Source of the DNA: Callorhinchus milii
Taxonomy: Eukaryota
Direction: 5' to 3'
Length of the DNA: 64,000 bases
NCBI RefSeq assembly: GCF_018977255.1
Contig: NW_024704742.1
Coordinates: forward strand, 74,030,001-74,094,000
Shown here piece after piece: positions 30,401 to 42,089 of this stretch. Position 1 is the first letter of the stretch. Each line of letters begins with the position of its first letter. A program made the translations under genes and the position numbers. The notes under the pieces were generated by a model. It searched no databases. It was not told the origin of the DNA and was given only the letters and a program-made list of their open reading frames with translations.

Positions 30401-33400
30401 CAGAGGATAGGAGCTTAGGAACTGAAGGCTAGGTTAAGGTTTCTTAACCTTTAACCAATGGTGCACGGGGAGGACAGTGGGTTCAAAGCAAGCCTGAGTT
30501 AGCTGAGGGTGGGAGCAGAGGAGGAGAGAATTAGAGTGATGGGGAGGTGCCAGGGAGTAAATGGATTTGTATATAAGGGTGTGGAGCTCAAAATCAATAT
30601 GCTGGGAGGATGGGAATCTGTGAAGCGATTGAGTGGATTCAACACAAATAATAATTGTATTTGACATATCGCTTCTAATATTGAGTACACCTCAAAGTGC
30701 TTTAGAGTTTTTCTGCAGGGCCAGGTAATAATAATAATAATCCTTGCATTTGATATAGAGCTTTTCACTTCTTCTCGACATCTCAAAGCGCTTCACAGAA
30801 TATGCTGTAAAGTGAATTGACCGTATATTTGTGAACGAATGGTAGATCCGGATCAACTCCTAAATTAACCAGCTTCCAAAGTAGTTCCACGGATCCTCCA
30901 GATTTCTCGCAGTATTTTGCTGAAATGTATTTTTCTAAAAGCTGCAAGTGGAGTTCCTGAGCAGAAAGTGATTTTAATTTGTCATTTTTAATGCGCTATA
31001 ACCTATCTAAAATTGTTTATTGTCTTCCCTACCACAAAGCAGACATGGTAAAGTGTTAGACTAAGCAAGGTACCAGTCTTCAGATAGTGTGACTACTCAG
31101 TATTTGATTGACCACGAACAGTCAGAACAGAGTAGCAGTAAAACCTTATTTAGAAGTGATTAAACCTGTACATTTTTACCCAGACGCGTCACCAACGTGG
31201 AGACACCTATCCGTTGACACTGGAAGAAATTCTGGATGAGACTAAGCTGCTGGATATTGGCATGAGACAGAAACAATGGCTGATGAGTGAGGTATTGTGC
31301 ATTTTGAGAACTATAAAAGCACTGAATTAACAATACTTCTTCAGCTGAGATCTATCCTAAGATGAAATGGTGCATTTTCCACTGAAAGAAATCTCACTCC
31401 TATATTTGATACATTTTTATTGAAGCTACCCCTGATTGTACAGATTTGACATTGGTGGTTGCTGAGTTAGATGTTCATTGTATTCCTCAATCTGAATTAC
31501 TTCTTTAAGTAAAGGATATACGTTTGTTTCTTGGCTTAGGAATGGTGGTTTCAGCTCTGTGAATGGAAACAATATTATACTGCAAATTTGTATTTGATGT
31601 TTAGTCCAAGAAAGCTCCTTTTATTTGCTCAACCATTAAATTGAAATTTCCTTCCACTGATTTCAATTGTGTCTTTAGATCATCCCCCTGCAGCCCCTTT
31701 AGCATTCCAGGATTATTTTCTTTGATATACTGAAAGATTCAGATTTGTTTTGACAAGTTTTAGCTACTTTAACAAAAGCAGGCTGAAGTACCATTGCTTA
31801 TCCACGTTCTAATAATAATCATCCTTGCATTTGATATAGTGCCTTATCACGTCTTTGAGACCTCTGAAAGCGCTTCACAGAATATACTGTAAAATGAAGT
31901 AACTGTATATTTTGTGGGCAAAAAACAGCAGCCAATTGCTCACAGCAGTGTCCCACAAATAGCGCTGTGAGCTGTCTGGAGGCTAGACTCAATACCTTGA
32001 GAGGTCTTTTCAATAAATTTAGCATCTAGTTCATGCCAATGGATAATTTTAAATTTGTGTTACAGAACTCTTTCCTCCCCCCCCCCCGCCACTGTAAAGT
32101 GTTATCTCTAGTCCTTATGTTAACAAATGTCCCCATTGGAGGGGTGGAGGAAGAGGTAAACCAGGTCTCCTGAACTGGCTCCAAGGTGACATATTTGGCA
32201 ACGGAATGTCAGAATTGAGAAGCTCTCTGTTGCAGTCTCGGTAGTCTGGGTCTTGAGCCAGGCAGGTCCGCGTATTCCAGGGCACCGCTGATGGCTGCAC
32301 AGCCAGCCTGGCTCCTCGGCAGGAGTTGGAAGACATACGTCACTGGGAGGAGTAATTCTTCCCACTCAGCTCCTGTTAACTCTGCAAGTCAAAGCCCTAA
32401 CAGGTAGGGTGGTCCGAGCTGGACAAGCAGCAGGAAAGCTTGCCAGACAGTGCTCTCAATGACAAGCTACGTGGTTTTAGCTGGTTAGACTTCAGCAATA
32501 CCCCATTGCACACTCCCCAAGCCTTGGCTCTTACCAACCTGCGCCTAATACTTTCCGGAATTAGGTAAGCAGGATGTGTCTCTCCGGGGAAAGAGTGTGC
32601 ATTGCATTCCAATAAACATCTCTGGGATTTCCATGATCGGTGGTGGGATGCGTGGAACTGGCTTGGATACTCTGATGGGTTTCCACATGTCTCAGATCCC
32701 GAGCTGACCAACAAAATAACTTAGGTTTCTGATGAGTGTTGGTAGGAGTATCTCACTCATTTGGTTTGACTGTTGGTATTTTTTTCACTGAACTCCTTTT
32801 CCATGAACTCCTTATTTTTAATCTTTCTCAGGCACTAATAAACAATCCAAAAATTGACGTGTTAGATGGAAAATATGTCTTCAAACCCAAGTACAACTTA
32901 AAAGACAAAAAGGCTTTGCTCAGACTTTTGGATAAACATGATCAGCGGGGCTTGGGAGGGATCCTCCTGGATGATATAGAGGAAGGATTGCCTAATTCCC
33001 AGAAAGCTATAAAGGTACAGTATATGGTGAAATGTTTGTCAGGTGACTGTACAACTTGTAAATGATAGATAGCCAAATTTAGTTTATTTGGCATTCTCAA
33101 CTTAATTAGTGATTTTGGATGGTAAGTATTACTATTTCCTGGAATAAAGTTAAGAGCAATGAATCAAACATATACTGTTATAATAAATTAATATTTTTTA
33201 CATTTTATGTAGTGCATTTCACAGTACAAGGTTATCTCAAAGCATATCACAGGATTCTCTCAGTCAGAATGTTATGGGTTCAAGCTCCATGTAGGGACTT
33301 TGAGCTCACAGTAGACTGATTACTTGAGGGGAGCCCTGCTTTGCCAATGGTGCCATCCTTTGATGAAACATGTTTGCCTGTTCAGGTGGACAAGTGAAGA

Positions 33401-36400
33401 TCCCAAGCAATATTCAAAAAGAGAAAGCAATCTCTCCTGGTGTTCTGGCCAACAATCCCCCAGATAAAATTGCTTATTGCGGGACATTGCTGTGACCAGA
33501 TTGGCTGATGTATTTGCTACAAAATGAAAGTCATTACACTTCATAGTAAAATCCTGTGAAGTGCTTTGAGACATTATTCAAATTATTAAGCGTTTTGCTG
33601 CTTTCGTAGCAGGGCTACATGATGAGGGTATAATGCTCATTATGTACTTCTCAGGCTTTAGGGGACCAAATCATTTTTGTGACAAGACCTGATAAGAAGA
33701 AGATTCTGTTCTACAATGACAAGAGCTGCCAGTTCACAATGGATGAAGGTGAGATTTCCTCCCAAAGTGTATAAATGCAAACTTGTACTGAATGTGTTGA
33801 ATTTGAACATGGTGGCATTTTGCCTTTCACAATTGATGAGGCTTTGCTGTGTGCCCCTGTAACGGTTGTTTATGAAAGACAATGTGTCCTGTAGCTCAGT
33901 GGTTAGAGCACTCGCCTTGCAAGTGAGACACCTGGGTTCAATTCCAGGCAGGGTGAAACCTTGGGCAAGTTTCCTTACTCCACACAGAGCCTAATAATAA
34001 TCCCTCCAAAACAATAATAAATTGGTCATTTTCAATCCACGACTGTTTGTGGGACACTGCTGTGCGCAAATGGCTGCCGCGTTTCGTTTCGCCCACAAAT
34101 ACACGGTCAATTCACTTTACAGCATATTCTGTGAAGCGCTTTGAGATGTCTAGAAGACGTGAAAAGCGCTATATTAACTGCAAGGATTATTATTATATTA
34201 TTATAGCAGTGAATGCAATTCAACAGCATAAGAGTTCAGAATTCAGCCATCATTCACAAAGTCCTATTGATTCGTAACTCTGCCATCCATATCCTCACTT
34301 GTACCAAAATCTGCACCCCCATCACCCCAGTTGTTGACAGGCTTTATCGGCTTTTGTAGCATTGAACAGATGTCTTTCAGCCTATCTGCCCTCAATCTGT
34401 GGTACTCCATCCCGAAGCTTCTTTCCTCACCCCTTTCAAGGTCCGTCTTGAGACCTCCCTATTTCAGTCATCTTTCCTCTTACCCTCCTCCTGGCTCCCA
34501 TCCCAGCTGATTGTCAAGTGCATTGTGAGATGCCCCCAGTAAAATCTCTTAGGGTCCTCCAACGTACTCTACAATGTACTCAAGATGGGGTGTGAGCAAC
34601 ACCTTATATAGCATCAGTATCTCTTTTGATCTGCATTTTATCTTTCTGCTATTGCAGACAGATTATTTGCTTCTCACAATATCCCACTTAACTATCATTT
34701 AAGAAGTACACCTGTGGCTCAACGAAGTTAACCATAACTTAGTTGAGAGTTCCATCTCCAGTTAGCTAATCCATGAGAGGCTAGCAAAGTGGTTTCTAAG
34801 TTTGTCCTCAAATATTTATGTTGAAAATAGATGCAGTAGATATTAATGAAAGACTAATTTAAAAAAAAGTGCAAACAACACCCCCCTCCAGATGTGGTTT
34901 ACTAACTGATGGGGGATCTGGTGTTTGTTCATTGCTAAGTGATACTGTGTGTTTTGTTGCCTTCTGCTCTCTACGTTTCTGTCACAGTGTTTAGCAGTAT
35001 ACAGCTCATTTGAAAGCCACTGCAAAACGGGAGATTGTTTCCACAATAGAACAATATCACTTTTAAGCATCACCTAAAAATATACAGCTTGGTATAGGTA
35101 TTCTCACTGGTACCCACTGTCAATGTTGCTGTCCATCAGCAGTCACGCTGAATGCTTCAACCCCCATTATCGCTGCAAGGCCCACTGGCCCCAGACCTCA
35201 GGGGCAAATCCCTCCTCCCTCATCCACATTCCCACTCTCCCTATCAATGCTCTCACACCCCCCGCCCATCTTGTACATTCCTCTACCAACCTTTTCTTTC
35301 CGTATAGCCCTACAAAATGTCTGCTCCTCTTCAACAAAGCCCTCGCTGTCAATGACCTCATTGTTGATGGAAACATCGACATCCTCGCCCTCACAGAAAC
35401 CCTTCTAGCTTCCCTCTGCCTCTGTTCTGAACCCCTCCTCATCCTAGGAAACAAAAATCACTTGCATTTATATAGCGCCCTTCGTGCCAGGCAGCGTCTT
35501 GGAGGGTTTATAGGTGACTTCAACCTGCACTTCGCCCCCTTTTGCTCTATCTCCACTGACTTCTCTCCTTGCAAGCTCTCCCTCCACATCCACTCTGCTA
35601 CCCATGTTCATGGCCACTGGCTTGATCTGATGATACCCGGGGCCTCAGCGTCTCAGAAATCGGAAATCACTATTACCAACAAAGCCATCTCCTTTACCTC
35701 CTCCATCCGTATCCCCGCCACCCAACCTACCTCCATCTCCTACCACTCCTAGAAAAAAATCTCCCCACACTCCCTCTCCACTGCCCTCTGTCATCTGAAC
35801 TCCTCCCCTTCTGGGCTTCCTCCCGCAATGACCTTATCTGGTCCATCAGCAGATCTGGCTGGACCACATCAAAACTTACCGCTCCGCCCTCGCCTCCGCT
35901 AAATCATTCTACTACTCCAAGATAATCTTGGAGGCCAAGGACAACCCCAGGCTCCTCTTCATCACAAACGGACTCCTCGCCCACTCTTTCATGCCTCGCC
36001 CATCCTCTCCTCCAACTTCAACTGTGAGGAGACCCTGACCTTCCTTGAGACCAAAATTGAGGGGATCCGCTTGGCTGCCTCTGCCCTTTCAACTACCACC
36101 CCCTCCCCATCTGCCCCTCACACCCAGGCCCCTACCCATCCTTCCCTCAGCACCTTCGAACCTGTCTACCCCTCCTCTTTCATCACCATTATGACCCATA
36201 GAAAACCTACTACCTGTTCCCTTAACCCTATTCCTACTCCTCCCAGCTTCACCTCCTTGGCCCTATACTCACATACATTATCATCCTCTCCTTGTCCAGT
36301 GGAACGGTTACCACCCCCTTAAAAACAACCGTTATAACAACAACAACTTGTACGTATATAGCGCCCTCCACGCCGGGCAGCGTCTCAAAGTGCTTAACAA

Positions 36401-39400
36401 TGGTGGAGCCCAAGGCCGAGCCAGGGGGAGGGGCAAGGTGACCGTAGGCGCGGTCAAAAAGGAAGATGTTCAGGCGCGATCTGAAGATGGGGAAGGAGGG
36501 GGCGAGGCGAAGGGGTTGAGGGAGGGCGTAGTGGCTGGAGGCACGACCGCCGATGGTTAAGAGGACGATTCGAGGGGGTTCGGAAGAGGCCGGACTCAGT
36601 AGAGCGGAGGCAGCGGGTACTGCTGGGGGGGAGAGGAGGTGAGAGGGATAGGGGGGTGCCAGGAATGGAGGGATTTGAACACTACAGTGAGGATCCTGAA
36701 GTCGATCCACTCTGTGACAGGGAGCCAGTGGAGTTTGGAAAGGACTGGAGTAATCGGGGTACGAGGCTTAGTCCGGGTGAGAATGTGGGCAGCGGAGTTT
36801 TGAATAAGCTGAATTTTGTGAATAGTGGAGGAGGGGAGACTGGTGAGGAGGGCATTAGAGTCCAGCTGAGAGGTGACGGTGGCATGGACATGGGTTTGGG
36901 AAGCTTTTGGGGTGAGGTATTGTCGGAGATGGGCATTCTGGCGGAGGTGGAAGAAAGCGGTGCTGGTCAGGAACCAGATGTGGGGGAGGAAGGATAACTG
37001 GGGATTGAACTAAGTTGTGCACGGGTTCAGAGAGTTTTAAGGACAGGTCTGGTAGGTTTAGGAGGTTGGAACTATGGGCAGAAGACATCGGCGGGAGCCA
37101 AAGAATATGGCTTCCATCTTGTTGACGTTTAACTGCAGGAAATTTGGCTCATCCAGCTCCTGATGTCCGACAGACAAGCTGACAGAACATCGGGGGACTG
37201 GGGGTCGCAGCTGGAGGTGGAAAAGTAGAGTTGAGTGTCATCTGCATACATGTGGAAGTTAACCCCGTGTCTGCGGATGACATCACCAGGAGGGAGCATA
37301 TAGATGAGGAAGAGAAGGGGGCCAAGAATGGAGCCCCGGGGTTCCCCGCAGGTGACTGGGTGGAAGCGCGAAGAAAAGTCATTTGCAGAAATGTAGTGCT
37401 GGCGGTTTGTAAGGTAGGACTCGAACCAAGCGAGTGCGGTCCCACTGAGGTGGATGATGGAGGACAACACCCCTATCCTCAAAAAAACCTTCCCTGGACC
37501 CATCCCTGCTCTCCAATTGCCACCCCATCTCCAGCCTCCCTTTCTAAGGTCCTGGAACGAATCCTTCACTCCTTTCTCTCCCGCCACTCCCTCTACAAAT
37601 CCCTCCAATCAGGTTTCCGAGCTGCCCATAGCACCGAAACAGCCTTGGATAGAGTTCAAAACTCACATCCTCGCCTTTAAAGCAATCCACGCCCTGACTC
37701 CTTCCTACCTCTGTGACCTGTGCCTACCTTCCTACCCATATCAATCTCTCCGCTCCCTCTGCTCAGCAGGTCCCCCTCCTAGCTCACCACCATTGGCAGT
37801 CGGGCCTTCAGCCTCTCTGCCCCCACCCTTTGGAATGCCATCCCACAGTCCCTTTCTCTCTTTCCCTCCCTTGCCGCCTTCACGGCACGTCTCAAGGCCC
37901 TCCCCTTCAACCACGCCTTCGGTCACCCTCCTACCCCTACGCTCTCTGAACTCCACAACCCCCCGGATACCAACCCCCTGCTCGGGTCCAAATCCATGAC
38001 TGTCCAGCACCTTGGGACATCCTCCTGATGTGAAAGGCGCTATACAAATGTAATTTGTTGTTGTTCAAGCTTCACATTTTGAGCTCATAGTCTAGGCTGA
38101 TTTTCCAATACAGTTCTGAGCAAGCCTTTGATTGTCAGAGGTTAAACTGAGGTCCCGTCTGCCTGTACAGGTAGACGTTAAAGATCCCATGGCAATATTC
38201 AAAAAGAGAAGGGAGTTTCTCTCAATGTCCTGGCCTAAAATCCCCTAAATAAAATTGGTCATTTACTTTATCGCTATTTTTGGGACATTGTTATTTGCAA
38301 ATTAGCTGCCTCTTTTGCCTGCAGATACACATTCATTACACGTTAGAGTTGAGTCCTGGTAGGCAATTTAAGATGTTTTGACAGTATGATAAGGGGCTAT
38401 ATCAAATGCAAAATTTATTACATTCTCATTGTTCAATATTATCCTTTTTATAAGTTTGTTATAAATTTGGTTTTAGCAAATTTATTTAATAAGATTTAAT
38501 ACCTGGACTCTGCACCTGCTGCTCTTCATTATTGCTGTTTTTCATTTTGGATTGTAGAATTTCAGAAGCTGTGGAGGGGTATCCCAGTGGATTCTATGGA
38601 TGAAGAGAAGATTGAGGAGTACCTGAAAAGGCAAGGCATTTCCTCAATGCAGGAGACTGGACCAAAGAAGGTGGTATGTGTATTTTTACATAGCTTCACT
38701 CTGGAGGTATTTTTGTTAAAGCAGTTAAAGGTTTCCTGACAAATAATAATAATTGGCCTTGCATTTGATGTAGCGCCTTATCACATCTTCGAGATGTGCT
38801 TCATAGATAATACTATATATTTTGGGGGCAAAACCTTCCACGTAATACAAGAATAGATCTCTAGTAAATCACTCTTGATGTAGAATTTCCAATTAAATTT
38901 TGATTGTTTTACAATCAACAGATTTAAGCACTGAAGACAGTATTTTAATTATTTGGAAGCCACAGTCAAATACTGTACCTGCAGATTTTCTATCTTTTAT
39001 ATAATGCTTGGGAGTTTGTTGTGAAGTCTAAAAGGCAGTGATTAAGAATTGATGACAACAACAACCATAACAACAAATTACATTTGTATATGTATGTGAC
39101 TATGTGTTATGTGTTTTCGATTTCAAGATCCTCACCTTTGTATTCAAGTCCCTGCACTCCTCCATACCCCGCTACCTCTCTGACCTCCTCTCTCCTCAAA
39201 ACAGTACCCGTTACCTTCGTTCCTCCGGGTCTGACCTCCTCCTCGTCCCCCGAGTCCTCCGCTCCACCCTCGCGGCCGTATCTTCAGCCACTATGCCCTG
39301 AGGCTCTGGAACTGCCTGATTCACTCCCTTCGTCTCGCTCCCTCCCTTCCCATTTTCAGGTCTCTGCTGAAGACCTTTCTTTTCGACCGCGCCTTTGATC

Positions 39401-40446
39401 ACCTTCCTCCCCCTCCCCCTGACTCGGCCCCGGGATCCGTTACTGTAAAGCGCTCTGAGACGCCGTCCGGCGTGGAGGGCACTATATAAATCCAAGTTGT
39501 TGTTTGTTGTGGGTGAACCCAACTGCCAATTTGCACGCAGCAATATCGCACAAGCAGCTGTGGAGTGAGTGACCAATTTTATTTGAACTCAGCCTCTGTC
39601 CTTCTATCTTTTATCAATGTTTCAGTGAAGCTGTAGATGAGCTTCAGGTGCAGTACCTGTCCAAATCTTCCCCCCCCCCCCCAACCACGCATGAACATTA
39701 ACTTTAAATGACTCCAAACCTTAAATGTGGAACAGTGAAGCTTGAAATGTATGATGAATATTCTGCTTTGCCAACATTTTCTGTTTTTTATTGTATATTT
39801 CTAGTGTTGTATCTTCTCTTAACTGTCTCGCCATATTCCCATCTCATGTTCAAATGATTCATTTTTAATAAACTTCTACTGGAATTTCACACTGACATCA
39901 TGCTGGTGGGTCACTTACCACAAAGCAACACTGCCCTTTCAACAACAACAACAAGATTCCATTTATAGAGCACCTTTCATGTCGGGAGGAAGTCCTAAGG
40001 CGCTTTCCCTAATGTCATCAAGATTGCTATTATCTATACAAATTATTGTATCCCACACGATTGCTTTTATATAAAAAAAATACAAATTGTAAAGGTGCCA
40101 GAAAACACAATGGGATAAATATTCCAATGATACTATCACTTGGCATTTATCAGTCATATTTAGGGAATAAATATGCTTGTCTTAAGTTTACCAACTGACT
40201 GAACAGTGATGAGTGCATGCGCTATTTAAACTAAAGAAACACTTCAAAGGGAAGAGAAAATAATTGCTAACATTTGAACGTCTGCTATAGATTTATAAAT
40301 GTGCATGTTTATCCTAGATGTGCATTCAGAAGAGGAAAAAACCTGGCTCTCAGAGAAAAAGGAAATTCAAAACTCACAATGACCACATGGCTGGGATATT
40401 GGAGGATTACACTGAAGGCGTTTCTACCAGCCATTCTACAAAGTAA
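18338..40446 (+). CDS. GTF2E2: General transcription factor IIE subunit 2 (TFIIE-beta), whole CDS: join(18338-18491,28264-28349,31184-31291,32832-33014,33655-33748,38558-38673,40318-40446), 289 aa
   Basis: Spliced translation [25 protein letters not shown]...[35 protein letters not shown]...[21 protein letters not shown]...[33 protein letters not shown]...[16 protein letters not shown]... matches TFIIE-beta; phases consistent (870 nt). Confidence 0.97.
18690..19112 (-). mobile_element. Old tRNA/Deu-domain SINE
   Basis: Reverse complement of the 9700-type SINE from tail to head (AACTGAGCCAAGG). Confidence 0.8.
20265..20547 (-). mobile_element. Unclassified structured repeat, copy D
   Basis: Reverse complement match (TGCTGCTTGTCCA, CCATTAGGG, CAGGGTTAA, TTTTGGTCAG). 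Confidence 0.7.
20605..20683. mobile_element. hAT(Charlie)-like miniature element
   Basis: Ends CAGGGATAACCAAC / ATTGGCCATCCGTG, internal GGCCCGCG, TAG-centred 8-bp flanks (degenerate). Confidence 0.55.
20690..21560. mobile_element. Degenerate CR1 LINE fragments (- then +)
   Basis: Minus-strand LNLSKAFD motif; plus-strand CR1 3'-end-like sequence from about 21290. Confidence 0.6.
22040..22345 (-). CDS. SMIM18: Small integral membrane protein 18, 101 aa, single coding exon nested antisense in a GTF2E2 intron
   Basis: [38 protein letters not shown]...[13 protein letters not shown] matches SMIM18; acceptor ctcatttctcag one base before the ATG. Confidence 0.93.
   Translation of the reverse strand: MITQNVSETWLFINNRASLHHDIQLQVQDTKLFHDSWNIACFVILLLFVLAVISLVMLAFLYELFNCCCCANDKSINSMENKRHPVRAMMDSMRRHKVEVV
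22647..23005 (+). mobile_element. tRNA-Ala-headed Deu SINE, long variant
   Basis: A/B boxes, extra TCTGTTCACCTAGTAGTAAG segment, Deu core GGGACACTGCTGTGCACAATTGGCTGC, L2-type tail. Confidence 0.88.
23220..24010 (+). mobile_element. Degenerate L2 3' fragment containing six perfect 27-bp tandem units (23327-23488)
   Basis: [14 protein letters not shown] motif; unit CACTTCTGCCATGCTGCCCGCCTCCAC. Confidence 0.85.
24290..24710. mobile_element. Two old Deu-type SINE pieces in inverted orientation forming a 51-bp inverted repeat
   Basis: Arms 24497-24547 and 24599-24649. Confidence 0.8.
24712..25545 (+). mobile_element. L2 LINE ORF2 (RT) fragment
   Basis: [44 protein letters not shown]. Confidence 0.93.
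25546..26680 (+). mobile_element. CR1 LINE ORF2 and 3' end, internally deleted
   Basis: [74 protein letters not shown]; 3' UTR GAACTAGATGGACC. Confidence 0.93.
26943..27345 (-). mobile_element. CR1 3' end fragments
   Basis: CATAGAATCTTAG start and CACATTCTCACCACCCTCTGCGT resemble an inverted CR1 3' end. Confidence 0.6.
28264..28349 (+). CDS. GTF2E2: GTF2E2 coding exon 2
   Basis: [28 protein letters not shown]; ttccag / AAG|GTAAAG. Confidence 0.96.
28795..29330 (-). mobile_element. CR1 LINE fragment
   Basis: [11 protein letters not shown] motif (ORF 29099-29281). Confidence 0.7.
30230..30640 (-). mobile_element. L2 3' fragment, degenerate
   Basis: [20 protein letters not shown] motif; CAACAAC tail. 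Confidence 0.75.
31184..31291 (+). CDS. GTF2E2: GTF2E2 coding exon 3
   Basis: [36 protein letters not shown]. Confidence 0.96.
32150..32718 (+). mobile_element. Unclassified structured repeat, copy C (longest)
   Basis: Contains the full shared core plus about 200 bp of extra 5' sequence shared with copies E and F. Confidence 0.8.
32832..33014 (+). CDS. GTF2E2: GTF2E2 coding exon 4
   Basis: [61 protein letters not shown]. Confidence 0.97.
33655..33748 (+). CDS. GTF2E2: GTF2E2 coding exon 5
   Basis: [38 protein letters not shown] donor. Confidence 0.96.
33886..34196 (+). mobile_element. Young tRNA-Ala-headed Deu SINE, short variant
   Basis: GTCCTGTAGCTCAGTGGTTAGAGC...GGTTCAATTCC; Deu core; L2-type tail with (TAT)n. 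Confidence 0.92.
35110..38065 (+). mobile_element. Long degenerate L2 (endonuclease to 3' tail) interrupted by an antisense L2 at about 36336-37467
   Basis: APE motifs [24 protein letters not shown] resumes at TPILKK after the insert; (TTG)n tail at about 38056. Confidence 0.85.
36336..37467 (-). mobile_element. L2 LINE, 5'-truncated, about 1.1 kb
   Basis: [39 protein letters not shown]; (CAA)n tail. Confidence 0.9.
38070..38420 (+). mobile_element. Old Deu-type SINE
   Basis: GTTAAAGATCCCATGGC body and L2-type tail. Confidence 0.75.
38558..38673 (+). CDS. GTF2E2: GTF2E2 coding exon 6
   Basis: [47 protein letters not shown] donor. Confidence 0.95.
39115..39510 (+). mobile_element. L2 3' fragment
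   Basis: [14 protein letters not shown]...YLSDLL; tail stem-loop and (TTG)n. Confidence 0.88.
40318..40446 (+). CDS. GTF2E2: GTF2E2 coding exon 7 (last)
   Basis: [42 protein letters not shown]; candidate poly(A) signal ATTAAA at 40698-40703. Confidence 0.95.
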   Translation: MCIQKRKKPGSQRKRKFKTHNDHMAGILEDYTEGVSTSHSTK

Positions 40447-40827
40447 TGAACAACAATTCAGCAGCAGCTGAATAATCCTGTGCAGGTTTATTGAGATTGG
40501 CACAGGAATAGAATTCAACCAATCTGCCGGTTTGTTACTTCAATCTGCTTTTTTGCAGTGGCCTCCAATGGAAGTCTTGTTTGGACAGTTTTTATCCAGC
40601 TACATCAGTGATTACAGTTTTACCACCAGGATTGAGTGTTTTCTTTGGGGAGAGGGATGATTCAAAATGTATTATTTTGTGTATGCCATTTTGTCTTATT
40701 AAAACTGTAATGAATAGTTAAGTAAGTGCTCAAATACAAATCTGTGGTTATCAGGTGCAGTTTTGGAAGGTTTGGAGTTGTTTTTCCTCCTCAGTGAATG
40801 ATGTCAGTATCCCACAGGCAAAAGCAC

Positions 40828-41188
40828 AATAATAATAATAATCTTTGCATTGATTTAGTGCCTTATTACGTCATTGAGACGTCTCAGTGCTTCACAGAAT
40901 ATATTGTAAAGTGGATTGACTGTGCATTTTGTGGGCAGCAGCCAATTGCGCCCAGCCGTGTCCCACAAACAGTCATGGATTGAGTGATCACATTTTTTTT
41001 GAAAGATTGTTACCCCTGCAAAGTGATCTGCCTATCAATCAACTAATAACAGGTTAACTAACTTACTGTTAGGTAAATAGATGCTTGTAGAGAAAGGAAA
41101 CTTGCCTAAGGTTTCACCCTGCCCGGGAATCGAACCTGGGTCCTCTCATTTGCGAGGCGAGTGCTCTAACCACAACACTACAGGATTC
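40828..41188 (-). mobile_element. tRNA-headed Deu SINE, long variant
   Basis: Reverse complement of the 22647 copy including the extra segment. Confidence 0.85.
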
Positions 41189-41239
41189 CAATTCTGGATA
41201 TTAGGTGTGGGTTTTCAGAGTAATGCAGTCATTGTCTGA

Positions 41240-41700
41240 CCAGCTGGTAACTGTCAGCTGATAAGAAGTGGGGAGTTAAGCAGGGTCTTCCAGGCTGAGC
41301 TGGTTTTAAGCTGATGTGCCTGGAATAGAGTATCAGTGGGTGATGTGGGCGTGTTGGTCTTGGTTCTCAGGTTCCTGAGCCAGCCAGTCACGAAGGACAG
41401 TGATTCTTCTCTCTAATCCTGCAAGCACTGCATTGGAGTGTCCGATCAAGTGTCTCATTGACTGTCGGTTCCAAGTGTTGACGTGGGATTTGAACGTACA
41501 ACCTTCTGACTCAGAGGCTAGAGAACTACCATCTGAGTCGGGGTGGCCCTAGCTGGACAAGCAGTACAAATCTTCCAAGACATGCTTGCAATAGTTAATC
41601 TCCAGCAATGCCCTGTGACTTGTGCTAAACCAGCACCTAATATTTATTGGAATTAAGGGAGACCGTCATTCCACTAGGGCGAGACTGCACACCTCATTAT
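41240..41700 (+). mobile_element. Unclassified structured repeat, copy E (split by a SINE head at about 41426-41540)
   Basis: TAATCCTGCAAG | GGGTGGCCCTAGCTGGACAAGCAG...CACCTAATATTTATTGGAATTAAG. Confidence 0.65.
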
Positions 41701-42089
41701 AACAATCTTTGCATCATTGATGTCTCGAAGTGCTTCACATGATATACTGTAAATTGGGTGAAAGCAACAGCCAATTGGTATTCAGCAATGTCCCACAACA
41801 GCTACATGACTCAAGTTTATTTAGAGGATTGTTGCCAGTACACTGGGAGAAACTACTTTCTTAATAGTGCCACAGGATCTTTAACATCCACCAGGACAGG
41901 TAGATGGGACCTTGGTTTAATGTTTCATCAGAAGGATATCACCTCTGACAATGTAACACTGCAATGGACTATATGGGTTCCAAATCCCGATGTGGGTCTT
42001 GAACCTACAACCTTATGACGCAGAATGCTACCAACTGAGGCATGCTGACATTCAAAGGACCAAAAGAAAATACCCATGTGTAGGTGGCA

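Noticed and set aside
33886..33955. tRNA-Ala(TGC) genes (also about 13250, 22647, 48000, 61620)
   Set aside because: The cloverleaf is partly foldable but the T-arm is out of register and each runs into a SINE body and tail; these are SINE heads.
38668..38679. Tandem donor AAG|GTG|GTATGT and NAGNAG acceptor at 18330-18335 in GTF2E2
   Set aside because: At most a one-residue or 3-nt UTR difference; common and unsupported without reads.
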